Shown: positions 1-8,609 of the stretch, piece after piece
How positions within the stretch are numbered: position 1 is the stretch's first letter
Layout of the letters: each line of letters starts with the position of its first letter
Source of the DNA: Candidatus Limnocylindrales bacterium
GTDB lineage: Bacteria > Chloroflexota > Limnocylindria > Limnocylindrales > CSP1-4
Direction: 5' to 3'
Assembly (NCBI GenBank): GCA_038248915.1
Contig: JBBRXB010000015.1
Span: forward strand, 3,230 to 67,229
DNA length: 64,000 nucleotides
Program-made: the position numbers and the translations under genes
The notes under the pieces: generated by a model
The model's database searches: none
What the model saw: only the letters and a program-made list of their open reading frames with translations
Told to the model about the DNA's origin: nothing

Positions 1-2
1 TT

Positions 3-311
3 CACCTCGACGATCCTCCCGCGATACTCATCCACATGGCTTCGGGCGAGACGGCACGGCTCTATCACCGGTTGAGTTCGTCCTCGCACATGCCCGAGGA
101 CGTTCGGCCGGATCCGAACATGCCGCCACCGAACGCGGACGAACGCGTCGTTCAAGACTTCGTCTCCTGCGAACCGGAGCGGCTGCCGCCCGCCTGGAAG
201 GCCTACCGATCGGGGCTGCCCGTCACGGAGCTGCCACGGGACTGGCCGCCCACCGAGCTGACCGCGACAGCCGTTCTGGGCGGCGCCATGGGTGCCCCGG
301 ATCGTCGATGA
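3..311 (+). CDS. 5'-partial hypothetical ORF. It resembles the N-terminal non-catalytic segment of SagB/ThcOx-type nitroreductase-family proteins and appears to end prematurely.
   Basis: Open from the window edge in the frame of ORF 36..311, with high third-position GC. Contains the stretch RLYHRL...ERLPPAWKAYRSGLPVTELPRDWPP. No nitroreductase core continues in any frame across 312-508. Confidence 0.3.
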   Translation, partial: HLDDPPAILIHMASGETARLYHRLSSSSHMPEDVRPDPNMPPPNADERVVQDFVSCEPERLPPAWKAYRSGLPVTELPRDWPPTELTATAVLGGAMGAPDRR

Positions 312-508
312 TCTGGCACGTCGCGGCACCGTTCAAGGAACTCTGGTTCTTCGGTTGATGGATGTCCGCCGGCATGTCGTACCACCCCAGACCGGTCCGG
401 CGCGGTCACAGCGCGGACGCTCGGCGTCAAGGCGCCTCCAGGTAGCAGAGCCACACCGGTGCCGGCGCCTGATCGTCCGTGCGCCAGTGCATTCGCGCGT
501 TGCTCGTG

Positions 509-1015
509 TCAGTTCGCCAGCTCCGGACAGAGGAGTCGATCTCGGTGTGACCGCTGGACGCTCACGAGCGCAAAGTCCATATCGAAGTCGAGCTCCGTCC
601 GCCCGACCGTGAGCCAGAGGTCGGGTCCGCTCGGTTCGCCGGGGAGCGCCCAATAGAGGCCGACACCGCGCTGGACCCAATGCTCGCCACCTGCCGTTGG
701 AGTCCTCGTTCCGGGACCGGATGATCCCACGACGATCGACGCGCCGGTCGTCTCATTCGTCAGGCGAAGGAACACCTGTCCGGTGCTGATGATCCGGGTC
801 ACGTTGCCGTCGGCGTCGGAGAATGTCTTTGCGATCGCCTTGCTGGTGATCTCTTCAACAAGGACGGGGAATGCACACACGTCTTCGAGCGTGAAGGGAT
901 CGAACGGTATCGCGCTTCGTTCCGGACCGGCGGCCGCGACCGGAAGCGATGCTGAGGCGAGCAATGCCACGGCCAGCGTCGCGGTGGCCATCATTCGACG
1001 TTTCCGACTCGACAT
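509..1015 (-). CDS. Secreted hypothetical protein (paralog A of the 33206..33693 gene)
   Basis: Internal ATG (MSSRKRRMMATATLAVALLASASLPVAAA) gives a signal peptide. GGGAGGA lies 8 nt upstream. Clear similarity to the ORF at 33214..33774. Confidence 0.75.
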   Translation of the reverse strand: MSSRKRRMMATATLAVALLASASLPVAAAGPERSAIPFDPFTLEDVCAFPVLVEEITSKAIAKTFSDADGNVTRIISTGQVFLRLTNETTGASIVVGSSGPGTRTPTAGGEHWVQRGVGLYWALPGEPSGPDLWLTVGRTELDFDMDFALVSVQRSHRDRLLCPELAN

Positions 1016-1040
1016 GGACGAATCCTCCCTTGCCCGAACG

Positions 1041-1060
1041 ACTCTGCCCCGGGGCAGAGT
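1041..1060. promoter_or_regulatory. Perfect 20-bp palindrome ACTCTGCCCCGGGGCAGAGT in the leader or promoter of the 509..1015 gene
   Basis: Read directly from the sequence. Lies 26-45 nt upstream of the start codon at 1015, in the divergent region shared with the 1273 gene. Confidence 0.3.
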
Positions 1061-1272
1061 ACTGTCGTGACGACTCGGGTCGGGTTCAGGGTAGTGGCGA
1101 GCATCCGAAACGCAACCATGTGCACGACGCATTCCGGTGCAGCGCAGCAACACCCTACGCACCTCAATCGGGCCCCCTCGTCAAGCCCGCGGCGCGGTCC
1201 GCACGACGACTTGGGCGAGGTCGCAACCGGGCGAAGGCACCAGCCGGACGTTGGGCGGGGTACAGTCCAGCC

Positions 1273-1527
1273 ATGATCCGACCGCGCGATACGTCGGAAG
1301 AAGCGTCCCGTCGCCAGTTCGAAGCCATCCGGGCCATGGCACCTGGCGAGCGCCTCGAGATCGCGGTGGCCATGAGCGACGCGGTCCGGCAGATCGCGAC
1401 GGCCGGGATCCGGGACCGGCATCCGGCCTTCACCGACGCCGAGGTCGCGGCAGCGCTTGCCCGCCTCATGCTCGGAGCGGATCTCGCCGACAAGGTCGCT
1501 CGATCGCGGCGCGCCATCACGCGGTGA
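1273..1527 (+). CDS. Small helical hypothetical protein (84 aa), first gene of a two-gene module
   Basis: ATG at 1273. Its stop overlaps the next gene's GTG (GTGA at 1524-1527). High GC3. Confidence 0.55.
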   Translation: MIRPRDTSEEASRRQFEAIRAMAPGERLEIAVAMSDAVRQIATAGIRDRHPAFTDAEVAAALARLMLGADLADKVARSRRAITR

Positions 1528-2078
1528 CGCTCGCTGAACTCCTCGCCGACGCGGCTCGTCGTCTCGACCGCGCTGCGATCGCCTACATGGTCACGGGTTC
1601 GTTCGCGAGCACCTACTACGGTGAACCGAGGGCGACTCGCGACCTGGACATCGTGATCGACCCCTCGAATGACGGACTGGACGTGCTGGTCGAAGGGGTG
1701 CTGTCAGACGGCTACTACGTCGATCGCGACGCCGCATTCGTTGCGCTCCGTCAACGGACGCAGTTCAACGTGGTCGCGGCCGATGCACTCAAGATCGATC
1801 TCATCATCCGCAAGGACCGACCGTTCTCGCGGGAGGAGTTCGCGCGACGCCGGCCAGCGGTCCTGCTCGACACCCTCGTCTTCATCGCCAGTGTCGAAGA
1901 CATGATCCTCGCGAAGCTCGAATGGTCGATCGCGTTCGACTCAGACCGACAGCTCCGCGACGTCGCGGCGATGGTCCACCTGGCCGGCGAATCCCTCGAT
2001 CGCGCCTATATCGAACGCTGGGCAGAGACGCTCGACGTGGAGGCGGTCTGGCGACGCCTCATCGTCACGGTCGACTGA
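1524..2078 (+). CDS. Nucleotidyltransferase-fold protein (minimal NTase-like)
   Basis: GSFASTYYGEPRATRDLDIVID matches the GS...D.D signature of pol-beta-type NTases. GTG start is translationally coupled to the upstream ORF. Confidence 0.7.
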   Translation: MTLAELLADAARRLDRAAIAYMVTGSFASTYYGEPRATRDLDIVIDPSNDGLDVLVEGVLSDGYYVDRDAAFVALRQRTQFNVVAADALKIDLIIRKDRPFSREEFARRRPAVLLDTLVFIASVEDMILAKLEWSIAFDSDRQLRDVAAMVHLAGESLDRAYIERWAETLDVEAVWRRLIVTVD

Positions 2079-2269
2079 GCGCCGCTCCGGGCTGGTGACG
2101 ACGAGTGGCCCTCGATCCAGGTCGTCGGTCGCGACCCTACCTGCCTGGCGTCCAGCTGAAGGTGCGATACGAACAGCCCGATCGAGCACCGCCGAGCGAT
2201 CGAGCGCTGGCGGCGTCTTCGCTCGACCTGGGGGCGATAGGAGCGAACGTGGTCCAAGGAGGCGATCAG

Positions 2270-2416
2270 TGGTCGCCGCTCCGGGGGCCGACCACGTAGA
2301 TCGCCGGAAACACGAGAAAAGATCACGAAGGCGATCCCTGGGCTCACGAACCATCCGCCAACTCGAGGACGAGCAGCGTGATCGCGATCGCGAAGACGCC
2401 GTCGCTCGTCCGTCAT
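2270..2416 (-). pseudogene. Remnant of a DUF1211/TMEM175-like membrane protein (N-terminus only, frameshifted)
   Basis: ATG at 2416 gives MTDER. One frame over reads [16 protein letters not shown], the family's signature helix, followed by stops and further shifts ([14 protein letters not shown] in a third frame). Confidence 0.4.
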
Positions 2417-2497
2417 GCGCCGCTGATGGTCACGCTACCATCATCATCCGGTCCGCCCAGCCCGGGACGGAGGCTTCGATTCGTGAGGGGATCCAAC

Positions 2498-3562
2498 ATG
2501 CAGAAGCGCCCGCAGAACACGACCATCGCGCTGATCGTCATCGGCGTGATCATCGCCGGGCTGCTCCTGTTCGCGCTCCTGACCCGTGGCTCGAGCGGTG
2601 GATCGTTGACCGGGCCGACGTGGCAGCTGTCGGCGATCACGGGCCAGACGCCTGCGTTCCAGGGCGTCATCCCCGCCGCGGACCAGCCGCGTTACACGAT
2701 CACGTTCGCCACCGACGACACGGTCGCGGCGCGGGCGGACTGCAACTCGATCGCGGGCACCTACAAGCTCGATCGTAACGACGGCATCACCATCATACCG
2801 GGACCCAGCACGCTGGTGGCCTGCCCTGAGGGTTCGTACGGAAGCCTCTTCGCGCACTCGCTCGGGACCGTCACGACCTGGGCGATCGCGGACGCCGACC
2901 TGACCCTGACCACCTCGGACGGTGGGACCGGCATGTTCATCGATTCCGCGACAGCGCCGGTCGTCCCGCCGACCGCGGAGCCGACCGCGAGCCCGGCGCC
3001 ATCTCCGTCCCCGACCGTCGAGCCGACACCAAGCCCGACGCCCAGCCCATCCCCCACCCCGACCCCGACCGCCACACCGACGGCGTCCCCGACGGCCTCC
3101 GGAAGCGCAGGACCATCGACCGCGCCGACCGCCGCGCCGACTCCGACCCCAAGGCCGCAGTCGACCCCGACCCCCGCACCGACCGCGACGCCGGTCCCCG
3201 GCGGCGACCTCGTCGGCACGAGCTGGCAGATCACGTCATTCACGACCCGCGATCCCGTGTTCGCGGCCGTCGTCTCCGTCACCGAGCGGTTCAAGTACAC
3301 CATCTCGTTTGCGGCGGGCGGTACGTTCGCCGCGACGGCCGACTGCAACGTGGTGGCCGGCCAGTGGACGGCGACCGCGACCGGCGGCCTGTCGATCGTG
3401 CCGGGACCGTCGACCATCGTCGCTTGCGCGGAGGGCTCGTACAGCGACCTGTACATCCTCGCGCTCTCGAACAGCGCCAGCTACACCATCGCCAACGGCG
3501 CCCTGACCGTCACCCTCGCCGACGGCGGGACGCTCGGCTACGAACCGCTCCCGGCGCCGTGA
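2498..3562 (+). CDS. Membrane-anchored protein with two META (HslJ-like) domains separated by a Pro/Thr/Ser linker
   Basis: ATG at 2498 with GAGGGG upstream and an N-terminal TM helix. Two copies of the pattern W.L......TI.F......ADCN...G.Y....[15 protein letters not shown]. Confidence 0.85.
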   Translation: MQKRPQNTTIALIVIGVIIAGLLLFALLTRGSSGGSLTGPTWQLSAITGQTPAFQGVIPAADQPRYTITFATDDTVAARADCNSIAGTYKLDRNDGITIIPGPSTLVACPEGSYGSLFAHSLGTVTTWAIADADLTLTTSDGGTGMFIDSATAPVVPPTAEPTASPAPSPSPTVEPTPSPTPSPSPTPTPTATPTASPTASGSAGPSTAPTAAPTPTPRPQSTPTPAPTATPVPGGDLVGTSWQITSFTTRDPVFAAVVSVTERFKYTISFAAGGTFAATADCNVVAGQWTATATGGLSIVPGPSTIVACAEGSYSDLYILALSNSASYTIANGALTVTLADGGTLGYEPLPAP

Positions 3563-3587
3563 GCGGGCTGGCTGGCTGACAGGCGAC

Positions 3588-4019
3588 CTAGAACGTCTCC
3601 GCCAGGATCGCTTCGGCTCGCTGGGCGATCGCGAGGAGCACGCCCGTTCGGAAGGCTCCGGCCACGTTGCCCTCCGAGAACCGGTCGCCCCGGATGATCG
3701 CCGTCAGGAGCCGCTGCAGATCCTCCGCGGCGGCCGTCGCGACGCGACCGGGGTCCGAGCCGAGCGCCTGCCCGGCCGGCGTGCTCGCCCAGGCCATCCA
3801 GTCGAATGGCTGGACGAACCCCGCGCGGCTGACGTCGGCCATGAACCGGAGGGCGTCGGGGCTGTAGTCGTACCACGGCATTTGCAGGACGCCGTCCTCG
3901 CTCGCGTCCGTGTCTGCCCAGTGCCCGAAGTCCAGCTCCGGCGAGGCAAGGGTCGGCGCCCATCCGGCGAGGACGCGCAAGCCGTCGGCGGTGACCGGCC
4001 TGGACGCCTCTCCGGTCAT
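3588..4019 (-). CDS. Hypothetical protein (I believe DUF6508-like)
   Basis: Full ORF with high GC3. C-terminal ...IIRGDRFSEG...L..I..R pattern. Confidence 0.65.
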   Translation of the reverse strand: MTGEASRPVTADGLRVLAGWAPTLASPELDFGHWADTDASEDGVLQMPWYDYSPDALRFMADVSRAGFVQPFDWMAWASTPAGQALGSDPGRVATAAAEDLQRLLTAIIRGDRFSEGNVAGAFRTGVLLAIAQRAEAILAETF

Positions 4020-4026
4020 GACGCCG

Positions 4027-4710
4027 CTACGCGGGATCGCGTCGCGCGGTCACGATCGAATCTGGCTCGACGACGATGGCGAGCCGGTCTGGATCGATCG
4101 CGACCTGGGCATCCCAGCTGGACCCGATGCGGTCGAGCAGCGATCCAAGGGCGTCACGGGCGGCAGGTCCGGACAGCGGAGCCGCCCGACCGCGGACGAT
4201 GAGGTAGGCATCGCCCGGGCCATCGACGGTCAGCGACAGGCGCGAGTCGGAGCGGAGCAACGTCGCACGACGCGACCGTCCGATCGCCCCGAACACGATG
4301 GCGGAACCGTTCCACTCGATGGCCACGATGCCGACATGCGGGCCGTTGCGGGGGTCGTTGGCGGCAACGACCGCCCAGCGGGCCGCGGCCAGCATGGCTG
4401 CCGCTTCGGCCGACACGATCGCGGGCTCGGCGTTCGGCATGTCCGCCTGGTCGGCGGGGACGACCGGGGTCATCACGACGGGCGGCGCTGGGCCATCCTG
4501 GGGCGAATCCGTCAACGCCTCCCGGGCACGGATCGCCTCGAGGTCCTCCACGACGGCCTGTCCGGCCACGCCGAGCGAGCCGACGACGGCTCGGGAGAGG
4601 CCCTGCACCCGTCCGGCGGCGACCGCCGCATCCACGGCCATGCGCCGGACGAAGCCGCGTCGATCGATCGCCGGTCGGTCGCCTGGTCCGTCATCGCCGG
4701 CACCGCTCAT
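4027..4710 (-). CDS. PPOX-class (pyridoxamine-5'-phosphate-oxidase-like, possibly F420-binding) protein with about 95 aa N-terminal extension
   Basis: ATG at 4710 overlaps the upstream stop (ATGA). C-terminal about 130 aa have the split-barrel PPOX pattern. The N-terminus has a DRRGFVRRMAV twin-arginine-like motif. Confidence 0.7.
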   Translation of the reverse strand: MSGAGDDGPGDRPAIDRRGFVRRMAVDAAVAAGRVQGLSRAVVGSLGVAGQAVVEDLEAIRAREALTDSPQDGPAPPVVMTPVVPADQADMPNAEPAIVSAEAAAMLAAARWAVVAANDPRNGPHVGIVAIEWNGSAIVFGAIGRSRRATLLRSDSRLSLTVDGPGDAYLIVRGRAAPLSGPAARDALGSLLDRIGSSWDAQVAIDPDRLAIVVEPDSIVTARRDPA

Positions 4711-5147
4711 GTGCTGATCCGTCGGCCGCTTTCCTGATCGAACAGGTGGATCAGCCCCGCGTCGAGACGCACCTGGACCGTTTCGCCGAGGGTCAGTCCT
4801 GCATCGGGCGCGACCCGGGCGACGATCGTGACATCGCCTGCCCCGAGCTCCACGAACGTGTCGGAGCCGATCGGTTCGAGGAGCTGGACGACGGCCCGGA
4901 AGCTGCCGATGGTCGGCGCCGCAGTGCCAGCTTCGATCCGCACGTCCTCGGCGCGCACGCCCAGGACCACGAGCTCCCAGGCGCCGTCGATGAGACCGAG
5001 CTGACCGGCGCTCCCAAGATCGAACCGGAGGTCCGGCGCCAGGACGTCCCCGGCTCGAACGTCGCCGAACAGTCGCGTGACGTGCTCGAGTCGGAGCGCG
5101 ATGTCCGTCGTCGCCGGACTCGAGGTCGCCGGGGCCGCCACGGTCAT
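4707..5147 (-). CDS. TOBE-domain protein: a MalK/UgpC-type ABC ATPase that lacks the nucleotide-binding domain
   Basis: C-terminus ...LGVRAEDV...LEPIGSDTFV...GETVQVRLDAGLIHLFDQESGRRI is the MalK regulatory domain. No Walker A, signature or Walker B motif. ATGA overlaps on both sides. Confidence 0.65.
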   Translation of the reverse strand: MTVAAPATSSPATTDIALRLEHVTRLFGDVRAGDVLAPDLRFDLGSAGQLGLIDGAWELVVLGVRAEDVRIEAGTAAPTIGSFRAVVQLLEPIGSDTFVELGAGDVTIVARVAPDAGLTLGETVQVRLDAGLIHLFDQESGRRIST

Positions 5148-6037
5148 ATCGACTTCTCCAGGGACGGCAGTCCGGCGAAGAATCCGCCCAGCCGTTCCAT
5201 GTCCTTGTCACCAAGGCTCGCGTAGGGTGGCCGGCGCCAGCGGCCGGCGATCCCGAAGATCTCGCGCGCGCCGTGGAACATCGCGTCGAAGCCGCCCGGC
5301 AGCGTGTCGGCGAGGGCCATCCACGGGTGGTCGAAATCGCGGATCAGGTTGGCGGCAACGGTCAGGTCGCCGGCGGCGACGGCCCGCCAGTAGACGTGGG
5401 CGACTTCCGGCCGGAAATGCAGATAGGTCGACATGTAGCCATCACAGCCATATGGCTGGAGATCGAGGTGATTCTGCTTCTGCCCGCCTGAGACGACCGC
5501 CCAGCGCTCATGGACGAGGAGCGCCATCCTGCGGGCGAACGCGCCGGTGACATCGTCCTTGATGGCGGCCACGCCCGGGACCGTGTCGAGCAGCGTCTCG
5601 ATCACCCGCAGACCAAGCGCCTGGTTCGCGATGAACGCCGCGGTCACCAGCATGACCGGGATGTGCTCGCTGACGGCCCGGTAGTGCTCGACGAGCGAAT
5701 CGTGGGTGACGCCACCGCCCCAGTGCGGCGGCAGGACCATCAGCAGATCGGCGCCGACGCCATTCGCATACTGCTCGAATTCGATCTCGCGAGCGGTCCA
5801 CCACTGCCGGTCGGCGGCCACCACCAGCGCGCGGCCTCGCGTCTGGTCGACGACGACGCGCAGCAGCTCCGACACTTCGTCGTCGGTGATCAGCGAGTGG
5901 AGGCTGTCCCCGTAGGTCAGGAGCATCGTTCCACTGCCGGCGTCGATACCGCGTTCGATGCCGGCCCGCACCCCGTTCCAGTCGAAGGCGCCGTCGCGGT
6001 CGAAAGAGGGATGGACCGCGGTGATCGGCCCTGACAT
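5144..6037 (-). CDS. DapA-family (dihydrodipicolinate synthase / N-acetylneuraminate lyase family) aldolase
   Basis: Family-typical length and layout. Start chosen at MSGPITAV; an alternative ATG at 6130 would overlap the LLM gene. Confidence 0.75.
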   Translation of the reverse strand: MSGPITAVHPSFDRDGAFDWNGVRAGIERGIDAGSGTMLLTYGDSLHSLITDDEVSELLRVVVDQTRGRALVVAADRQWWTAREIEFEQYANGVGADLLMVLPPHWGGGVTHDSLVEHYRAVSEHIPVMLVTAAFIANQALGLRVIETLLDTVPGVAAIKDDVTGAFARRMALLVHERWAVVSGGQKQNHLDLQPYGCDGYMSTYLHFRPEVAHVYWRAVAAGDLTVAANLIRDFDHPWMALADTLPGGFDAMFHGAREIFGIAGRWRRPPYASLGDKDMERLGGFFAGLPSLEKSI

Positions 6038-6084
6038 CGCCTCACGAACACGGCTGCGGTCGATCGTCGCGGCCGCCTGCGGCG

Positions 6085-7065
6085 TCACGCAGGCACCGTC
6101 GGTGCGATCGGCATCCCGGCCGTCGCGCAATCCTCGATGAATTCGTCGAGCGTTTCGAACGTGTTGGCCAGGCCGGGGATGCCGGCCACGATCCGTCCGA
6201 ACCCGAGGTCGCGGAACCCGGCCAGAAGCTCCGGTCGCGGCGGCAACGGGATCTGGCCCGAGGTCGGGATGACATTGGTCGGGTAATCACCTGGACCCAT
6301 CATCCGCTGACCCCCGGTCAGCCGCATCCCGGGGTACAGGATGCTCGGGTTCGAACCCCATTGCAGGAGGATCGTCGCCGGATCGCGGCCGACCTCCGCG
6401 CATCGCTCGTGGAGCGCCTCCAGGTAGGGCGGGACCTCGATCGGCGTCAGATTGATGTTCAGCTCGTCGCAGAAGCGCGCCGCGATCCTGAACGTCTTTT
6501 GCTTGCCGTGGCCGCCGATCAGCAAGGGGATGTGGTCGCGACCGCTGGTCGCCGGTCCATTGATCCCCTGCTCCACCCAGGCGTGCTTTCCGTTGAAGTC
6601 GAACGGCGGCTCATCGCGGCGAGTGAGTCGGCTGATGATCTCGAAATGCTCTTCCAGGACGTCCAGCCGCTCGCCCAGGCCGGGGTACGACTGGCCGAAC
6701 GCCCGGGCTTCGCGCTCCTTGAAACCGGCTCCCAGTCCCAGGATCAGACGACCACCGCTCACGGCATCGATCGTTCCGGCAGCCTTGGCCGTCATGGCCG
6801 GATTCCGAAATGTCGAATTGACGACGGTGAACCCGATCTCCACCCGCGGCACCGTGGCGGCGATGGACGCCGCCAGGGTGACGCAGTCGAAGACGATCTC
6901 GCGTTCGTGCCACTTGGCCAGGACGTGCTCACCGAGCCAGACGGAGTCGAAGCCGCGGCGTTCGGCGACGCGCGCGATCTCGAGCACCCGCTCCCATGCG
7001 GCGAGCGGCGCCCAGCCATCGAACTCGTCGAAATAGCCCTGCGGCAGCAACAGCCCGAATCGCAC
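6085..7065 (-). CDS. LLM-class (luciferase-like) flavin/F420-dependent oxidoreductase
   Basis: MRFGLLLPQG...FDSVWLGEH...LILGLGAGF pattern. GTG start at 7065. Confidence 0.85.
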   Translation of the reverse strand: MRFGLLLPQGYFDEFDGWAPLAAWERVLEIARVAERRGFDSVWLGEHVLAKWHEREIVFDCVTLAASIAATVPRVEIGFTVVNSTFRNPAMTAKAAGTIDAVSGGRLILGLGAGFKEREARAFGQSYPGLGERLDVLEEHFEIISRLTRRDEPPFDFNGKHAWVEQGINGPATSGRDHIPLLIGGHGKQKTFRIAARFCDELNINLTPIEVPPYLEALHERCAEVGRDPATILLQWGSNPSILYPGMRLTGGQRMMGPGDYPTNVIPTSGQIPLPPRPELLAGFRDLGFGRIVAGIPGLANTFETLDEFIEDCATAGMPIAPTVPA

Positions 7066-7094
7066 GATCGACGCCTCGGTGCCGTGGCTTCGGG

Positions 7095-8546
7095 TTACGA
7101 GGTCAGGTACTTGACGATGAGATCCTTGACGGCCTTGACGGTCTCGTCATTGGCCTGCTTCGGTGTCCAGGTGCCCTTCGACAGATTGGCGAACGCCGCC
7201 CCGAAGACCTTGTCCATGTCCGCGCCGTACGGCACACCAGGCCACTGGAGCTGACTCTGCGCCTGGGTCGCCAGGATCTTGGTGAACGGATACTTGGCGA
7301 TCACGGCCGGGTCGTTGAGGACGGACAACCGGCTCGGCGGAAGCAGCGTTCCGGGACCGGCCACATCCGCCAGCATCTGGGGCTGATACTCGGGCCCGGT
7401 GATGAACGAGAGGAAGCTGGTTGCCGCCTCCTGCTGCTTGCTGAAGGCGCCCACGCCCCAGCCTTCGGTGACGATGATGCTGCCCGTCGTGCCGGCCCCG
7501 ATGCCTGGCATCACGGCCGGCGCGGCAGCCGTCTTGGGGATCGTCGCCTTGTAGTCTTTCGCGTTCCCGCTCTGCGCCTGGCCGAGACCGTTGACGATGC
7601 CGATCTCCGAAGCGGCCAGACCCTGGTTGAAGATCAGGTATCCGTCGAGGTCCGATGCGGCGTTGAGGCCGGCCTGGCCATAGAACCCGGAGGTCAGACC
7701 CTTGTTGATCGAGTCCCATGTGGCGACGCCCTGATCGGTGTCGAACAGGACCTGCGTGTAGTCCGCGCTGATGAACGGCTGATTGAAGCTGTTGTAGTAG
7801 CACAGCCAGTAGGACGTCGACGGCAGCAGGATCGGCGTCGCATTCGCCTCCAGCTTGCCGCTGTTCAGGGCGGTCAGCTTGGGCGTCAGCGCGTACATCT
7901 CGTCCCACGTCGTCGGGACGGCTGTCGGATCGAGGCCGGCCTGCGTCCAGTAGTCCTGGTTGTAGATGAACAGTTCCTGGTCCGCGAAGAGTGGCAGCGC
8001 CAGGGTCACACCGTTGTTGGCGAGCTGCTGGAGGGTGATCGGGACGTAATCGGAGGTATCGATCCCGAGCTTGTCGATCGGCACGTAGAGCCGCTCGCCG
8101 AACTGGGCGATGAAGTCTTTCGAGGCGAAGTACAGGTCGAAGTTCGGGCTCTGATTGACGATGTCGGCAGCGAACTTGAGGGCGCGTTCCGCGTACGGCA
8201 CGAGCGTCGCCACGACCTTGCCGCCGGTCTTGGCCTCCCACATCGGTCCGGCCGCCTTCGCATGCGCGACATTGGTCGGGTTGCACGCGACGTTGATGGT
8301 GACGCCCGCGAAGTTCTCAGCCGCGGCTGATGGCTCGACCGACGCCGCGGTCGACGGTGCGGCCGAGGCGCCCGCGCCGGTGGACGGCGCGACCGATGCA
8401 GCACTCGCCGCCGACGGGGACGCGGCCGGGCCGCAGGCGGCAAGGAAGGCCGCGCTGGCCGGGACCACGAGACCTGCCGCCAGGATCTGGCGGCGACTCA
8501 GGCGCAGCTCGGCGAGGCCCTTCTGTCCTGGATTCTCTTCAGCCAT
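7095..8546 (-). CDS. ABC transporter extracellular solute-binding protein (family 1, sugar type), Tat/lipoprotein signal
   Basis: N-terminus LSRRQILAAGLVVPASAAFLAACG contains a twin-arginine motif and a lipobox Cys. Ala/Ser linker followed by an SBP fold. Confidence 0.9.
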   Translation of the reverse strand: MAEENPGQKGLAELRLSRRQILAAGLVVPASAAFLAACGPAASPSAASAASVAPSTGAGASAAPSTAASVEPSAAAENFAGVTINVACNPTNVAHAKAAGPMWEAKTGGKVVATLVPYAERALKFAADIVNQSPNFDLYFASKDFIAQFGERLYVPIDKLGIDTSDYVPITLQQLANNGVTLALPLFADQELFIYNQDYWTQAGLDPTAVPTTWDEMYALTPKLTALNSGKLEANATPILLPSTSYWLCYYNSFNQPFISADYTQVLFDTDQGVATWDSINKGLTSGFYGQAGLNAASDLDGYLIFNQGLAASEIGIVNGLGQAQSGNAKDYKATIPKTAAAPAVMPGIGAGTTGSIIVTEGWGVGAFSKQQEAATSFLSFITGPEYQPQMLADVAGPGTLLPPSRLSVLNDPAVIAKYPFTKILATQAQSQLQWPGVPYGADMDKVFGAAFANLSKGTWTPKQANDETVKAVKDLIVKYLTS

Positions 8547-8609
8547 GGTGTTGCACTCCAATCGCTCTCAGCCCTGAATCGTCCCGGGCGGATGTGTGCC
8601 AAGTTCGGC

